From: Epithemia pelagica
Taxonomy: Eukaryota; Protista; Bacillariophyta
NCBI GenBank assembly: GCA_946965045.2
Contig: OX337242.1
Span: 2,542,001 to 2,606,000 of the forward strand
Length of the DNA stretch: 64,000 nt
Direction: 5' to 3'
A program made the translations under genes and the position numbers. The notes under the pieces were generated by a model that did no database searches, had not been told where the DNA came from, and worked only from the letters and a program-made list of their open reading frames with translations. This document shows positions 58,404 through 64,000 of the stretch, piece by piece. Position 1 is the first letter of the stretch. Every line of letters starts with the position of its first letter.

Positions 58404-60131
58404 ATGGATCCTCAATCACCCAAGACACCTACGACTCCTAAGGGAGAAGATTATCAAGACAATGTCTCGAACACAGACCTATTCGACCACATCATATTTA
58501 CTGTCTGCCAATTCTTTACCAAGGAAAGGGCCGACTACTTAATGAAGTGGATGAAATACCATGGTTTTGAGAACATTACCCATGTTATCTCGTATATGCA
58601 AACTAATACCGAGGAATCCATGAACGAACTGACAAAATACAAGGTCAACAAACAGACACATGATCTACAAGGCCCCACAAGACAGCAGATCAAGCTCTTG
58701 GCTTATTGGGCCATATACAAGACCAATGAAATTCAAGACGAGCTATCCAATAGCGACTGGATGAACCTAACGAGGAAAGAGTTCAACACTTGGAGGATCA
58801 ATACAGATTTCTCTAAGGGACCACCTAGCCAAGTTCCGGTCTCGCCAATGAAGTCACCGTCATCTGCGAAATCTGTCAGCACAGTTACTGCCGCATCCCA
58901 ATCTCAACAAGACCGTACGGCATTCAGAAAGGGAACTAAGCGCGACGCGACTGCGTACGAGGTATTCAAGGATGAACGACACTACGATTCATTCTGGCGT
59001 GTATTCAAGACTACAGCTAAGGCCCAAGGCCTATCCAACGTTCTGAATTTCAAATACACACCACCCCAAGATGATGAGTATGCCGAAGAACGTTTTCAAG
59101 AGCAACAAGTATTTCTTTACTCCGTTCTTGTCCGTATCATTCAAACTGACCAAGGTCGAGCCTATGTACGTGAACATGAACATGATGAAGATGCGCGTGC
59201 CGTATTGCAAAAGCTACATTCCTTGCATACCGAATCTGATCTTGCCAAACGAGAAGTCCTACGTTTGACCAACTACATTTCCAACCTACGTCTTGACGAC
59301 ACATGGCGCGGAACAACACGTCAATTTCTTCTACACTTTCAAGAGCAGTTACGTTTGCTAGACAATCTAGTGACACTGTCTGATCGCATCCCTGATCATA
59401 CCAGGATGACCTTCCTCATGCAAGCTGTAGAAAAGGTACCTGATCTCCGCCGAGTCAAGATCTTGGATAATGTGGTGAACACCAAATCCGGTGCAAAATC
59501 CCTTTGCTATCAATCATACTTCCGTCTTCTTCTAGACGCAGCTTATGACCACGATCAAGCAACCCAGTCATCTGTTCATAGTCGCCGTCGACATGTCAAA
59601 CAACATGAATCCCTATATGGCAAAGATACAGATGCTGACATAACCTCACAAGATGATATGGAGTATCATGTCCACAACACCAAAGTGACATCTGAATCTC
59701 CATCCTCTTCGTCCATGGTTAGTCTACCGCGTGACCTCTGGTTTAAACTTTCTGAAGAAGATCGCAAGTTGATCATTGAGTACAACAAGATGATTCAAGC
59801 ACCTTCATCAACAACGCCAAGGAAAGTGCAAACACATGCCCTTGACATTGATCCGGAACCTGATCCTGACCCCAATCAAGTTACATCTGAAGACGACTCA
59901 CCTGGCGTAGCCTCTGAGCATTCAGATGATTCAGATCCGGTTACACAATTTATCAACCAAGTCATGACGACTGATATCAATCATCCGGCAACTGACCTGA
60001 CTAGTGTTTTTTCTAACGCCAAGTCTAAGACGAGCAAAAAGGTTACTTTAAAGCCAACATGCATAAACAAGCAGGACATGCTCCGCGCTACTTGTTTTCC
60101 AGGAAATCTACCTTACCAGGCAATCAATTGA
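58404..60131 (+). CDS. Copia-3 Gag
   Basis: 575 aa; CoDi-type RKGTKRDATAY...AKAQGLSNVL. Confidence 0.8.
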   Translation: MDPQSPKTPTTPKGEDYQDNVSNTDLFDHIIFTVCQFFTKERADYLMKWMKYHGFENITHVISYMQTNTEESMNELTKYKVNKQTHDLQGPTRQQIKLLAYWAIYKTNEIQDELSNSDWMNLTRKEFNTWRINTDFSKGPPSQVPVSPMKSPSSAKSVSTVTAASQSQQDRTAFRKGTKRDATAYEVFKDERHYDSFWRVFKTTAKAQGLSNVLNFKYTPPQDDEYAEERFQEQQVFLYSVLVRIIQTDQGRAYVREHEHDEDARAVLQKLHSLHTESDLAKREVLRLTNYISNLRLDDTWRGTTRQFLLHFQEQLRLLDNLVTLSDRIPDHTRMTFLMQAVEKVPDLRRVKILDNVVNTKSGAKSLCYQSYFRLLLDAAYDHDQATQSSVHSRRRHVKQHESLYGKDTDADITSQDDMEYHVHNTKVTSESPSSSSMVSLPRDLWFKLSEEDRKLIIEYNKMIQAPSSTTPRKVQTHALDIDPEPDPDPNQVTSEDDSPGVASEHSDDSDPVTQFINQVMTTDINHPATDLTSVFSNAKSKTSKKVTLKPTCINKQDMLRATCFPGNLPYQAIN

Positions 60132-63100
60132 TTGACCATGGTGCTAATGGAGGACTTGCTGGTTCTGACATGCGCATCCTTTCTAAGACTGGCCGTCATA
60201 TCACTATTGTGGGTATTGATAACCATGAACTAACTGGACTTCCTGTTGTCACATGTGCCGCAAAGTTTGAGACCAATGATGGACCTATTGTCGGCATCTT
60301 CAATGAATATGCTTATTATGGAAAGGGCTTATCTATCCATGCTTCTGGTCAATTCGAGCATTTCGGACTTGCTGTTGATGAACGATCTGCTAAAGTTGAT
60401 GGTAAACAACGCATCACTACACTTGATGGTCGTGCTATCCCCCTTCACATCAAGGATGGGTTAGCCTACATCCACTCCTTGGGTATCCCCAGCGACGATG
60501 ACATGAATACCTTACCTCAGATCATCTTCACGTCACCCGACACATGGGATCCTAGTGTTCTGGACCATTCGCATTCTCCCACACCCTCCGACAATGATCC
60601 TAATTGGAAACACGTCAAGACTGATGGTAGTATGTCGAATCATCCGTATGACAACTATGGGAAGTACACCGATCGTGTTGTTTGCAACCTCAATCTCCTT
60701 TTGGATCTCCCCTACGATCATGGACCTGACGACGCACCCTTCTTTTCTATCTATGCTGACGCAGAAGGTAATGATCCTACACTTCATGCCTCTGTCCACC
60801 GTCGTTACCAGGAAGCGTATGACTGGAAGAAGTTCCGTCCATTCTTTGGTTGGCAATCTGAAGACATTATTGCCGATACGTTCAAGCACACTACACGTAA
60901 TGGTAGCATTACTTTTGACCACGACAACCTCAAGAAACATTTCAAGGCTCGCAATCCGGTCCTTAATATACCTCGACGTCATGAACCCGTTGCTACTGAC
61001 TCGGTTTTCTCCGACACCCCTACTGTTGATCATGGTGGTAAAGTCGCACAAATCTTTGTTGGTCGTGATACTCTGGTTACTGATATCTATGGGATCAAGT
61101 CGACCAAACAGTTTGTCGATATTCTTCAGGACAACATCCAGTTTTGTGGTGCCATGGAGACTCTTATCAGTGATGGTGGTTCATCTCTCATCTCTCAAAA
61201 GGTCAAAGACATTCTTCGCACTTTGCTTATTGGGGAGTATCGATCCGAACCTTATCATCAACACCAGAATAAGGCTGAAAACCGTTACCAGACCGTCAAA
61301 CGTATGACCAACGCTCTCATGAATGCCACTGGTTGCCCTGCCCACACCTGGCTTCTTTGTCTTGAGTATGTCTGTGACTTATTGAACCATACATCGTCAC
61401 CCACCCATTCCGGTCGCACTCCTCTTGAGGCTCTTTCCGGACGCCCACCCGATATTACTCATCTATTGTTCTTTCCTTTCTGGGATGAGGTTTACTACCA
61501 TGTCGACCCCGCTGAACCAAACTCTGGTTCATATCCATCTTCTTCTGATGAGAAATTTGGCCACTGGGTTGGTTTCGCTCACAACGTTGGTGATTCTTTT
61601 ACTTGGAAGATTCTCACCCAGGATAACCAGATCATCTACCGTTCTGCCGTTCGCCGTGTTGCATCCACTACACCTAACCTACGTGTGGATCGACCTTCAG
61701 GGGAGGATTCGTCTGAGAAGGATGACAATGATAAGCAAGCTGACACTGTCTTCATTCGCAGTGATAGTGAAGATCCATCCAAACCAGTGCCCACGATCGA
61801 TTTTGACGACATGATAGGACGCACATTCCTATGCGACACAGAAGAAAATGGGGAGCGACATCGTGCACGTGTCATCAAACGAGTCATTGACCTTAATGAA
61901 GAAGCAACGAAACAGGAAGAACGTGTCAAGTACATCTACCGAAAGACGAATTCTGATGTTGATGAGATGATATCCTATAATCAACTCATGGAATATATTG
62001 AACGAGATAACCAAGCTCAAACAAGCAAACGTCTCATTCGAGCAGCCAACAGTCAAGGATTAAACAAGTTCACCATTCCGTCAAGTATAAGTTTGGATTT
62101 CAAGTACCACGCAATTATGAGGAAGCTGTTGCTCTTGACAAACAACATGGCAACACAAAGTGGCAGAATGCAACAGAATTAGAATTGTCACAGATCCAGT
62201 CCTACAAGACATTCAAGGATTTTGGGAAAGCCATCTTCATAAAAGGGAAAGTATCCAATGCACCTGAAGGGTATCATAAGATACGTGTACATCTTGTCTT
62301 TGACGTAAAACATGATGGACAACATAAAGCAAGACTTGTCGCAGATGGACATCTCACAAAAGAACCTGTTGAGACAATCTATTCAGGTGTTGTTTCCATT
62401 CGCAACATCCGCATTGCCTTATTCCTGGGTACTTTGAATGACTTGGAAATATGGGGAGCAGATATTGGAAACGCATATCTGGAAGCCTTGACAGGGGAGA
62501 AAATCTTCACTGTCGCAGGACCTGAATTCAAGGAATGAGAAGGTCACATCCTGATTATATACAAGGCACTTTATGGATTGAAGTCATCAGGCGCACGCTG
62601 GCATGATGTCTTATTTGATGTTTTGACAGACATGGGATTTTCACCAAGCAAAGCAGATCCGGATATCTGGATGAGGAAAGCACCTGGAGAAGACTGTTAC
62701 GAATACATTGCCGTATACGTTGATGACTTAGCCATTATTTCTACTGATCCTGGGAATATCTGCAAGATCCTGAAGGAGAAATACAACTTCAAACTCAAAG
62801 GAGATGGACCTATTGATTTCCACTTGGGATGTTGTTACACCAAGGATTCTGATGGAACACTAGTATCAGATCCAAGACGCTACATTGGTAAGATGATGGA
62901 CACTTTCGAACAAATCTTCAAGGAGAAACCCAAGAAAGCCAAAACACCTCTTATTGGTGGAGACCATCCTGAATTGGATGATTCTGAGCTCCTTGATGAA
63001 GAAGGTACTAGTCATTTCCAAACTCTGATTAGACAACTCCAATGGGTGATCACTATTGGTTGTTTCGACGTCTTCACCGCTACAATGACGCTGTCACGCT

Positions 63101-63548
63101 TTCGTGCTGCTCGGAGGAAAGGACATCTTGATAGAGCCAAGCGTATCTATGGATACCTTACACATCTCCCAGAAGGCGCAATCAGATTTAGGATTGGAGA
63201 GCCTGATTATTCAAGTCTTCCTACCCAAGAATTTGATTGGACTTGCACTGTCTATTCGAATGCAAGTGAACGTATTCCTGAAGACTGCCCAACACCTCTT
63301 GGTCGCTATGTTACCACAACTCATTATGTTGACGCCAATGTCATGCATGACATAGTCACTGGTAAATCCGTAACTGCTGTTCCACATTTGTTGAACGGAA
63401 CACCTATTGACTGGTACAGCAAGAGACAGAGCACGGTGGAAACTGCTACCTATGGATCCGAGTTTGTGGCTACAAGGACAGCAATAGATCAGATAACAGA
63501 ATAACGACATTCTCTCCGCTACCTTGGAGTACCTATCCGAGAGCGAAG
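60048..63548 (+). pseudogene. Copia-3 pol with stops, internal deletion and truncated RNase H
   Basis: LIDHGANGG protease, VATDSVF, ISDGG, NKAEN, KARLVADG, ADIGNAYL, YVDD, YVDAN; stops at 62180, 62536 and 63502. Confidence 0.85.
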
Positions 63549-64000
63549 GGGCGGAGGAGGTGCTTCGCATTGCCTAACTGGTCCAATTGTGAGACCATGA
63601 GGAGAAATTTCTCGACCTCATCCATCCATCACGCATCCAGCGATCGATCCAACTGTTAGAATTCTCACCGTCTATGGTGGTTAGATTCTACATCTCATCG
63701 ATTCCCCATGTCACATAGCCCTGTGCTATCGCATCATGCCACCTAGCTTCGAGCTATGTTCCCTAGCTTTGCGCTATATCGACCTATATTTCTTCGCAAA
63801 TCATGAAAAGTGAGAATAGATTGACAAACTCACTCTCAAGACTAAACTGGGTCGTGCGTATTACAACGGACGCAAATTTGGCCGTTGCTCGGACATTATA
63901 CTAGCGCCCTAAGCGTACGCGCCCGAAATCATCGAGCGCGCCCAAGCGACATCCGAGCGCCGTCGGCATCTATCCGACCCAACGGTCTAAGTATCCCAAG

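Larger units (their letters stand above)
56380..64000 (+). mobile_element. Copia-3: degenerate Ty1/copia element with long LTRs, running off the window end
   Basis: Direct repeat 56380-56820 vs 63561-64000 (about 5 differences). 5' LTR probably ends at 57263 (..AACA) before the Met-like PBS GTCTCAGAGC. gag 58404-60131, pol fragments to ~63548. Confidence 0.9.

Overview
Eukaryotic genomic DNA, most likely a pennate diatom. The basis is CoDi-like Ty1/copia elements, short GT-AG introns, and diatom-type secreted and PPR proteins; the species cannot be named from the sequence. Roughly 40% is transposon-derived: three copia LTR retrotransposons (4025-10310, 31963-38592, ~56380 to window end), a decayed hAT element, a MULE-like foldback element and a MITE. 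Host genes include a CHRD protein, a multi-pass-membrane lipoxygenase-like gene, a GT2-TPR glycosyltransferase, a copine, an ankyrin protein, a RecQ helicase and several pseudogenes. The main candidate novelty is a four-member paralogue family (19171, 23671, 53647, 55368). Members share a hydrophobic anchor, one canonical EF-hand, four invariant Cys and a GPI-like hydrophobic C-terminus, but have swapped N-termini: one is a near-perfect histone H4 tail and one has about 87 SGPSG repeats. The retroelements are also odd. One has CAA...TTG LTR ends with a 4-bp TSD, one has a primer-binding site matching the D-arm of initiator tRNA-Met, and the three have three different gag-pol junctions (in-frame UGA, AUGA stop/start, U-UUA-AAG in the -1 frame). 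Several single-base frameshifts fall in homopolymers and may be assembly errors. No database searches were run; all family calls rest on motif recognition.
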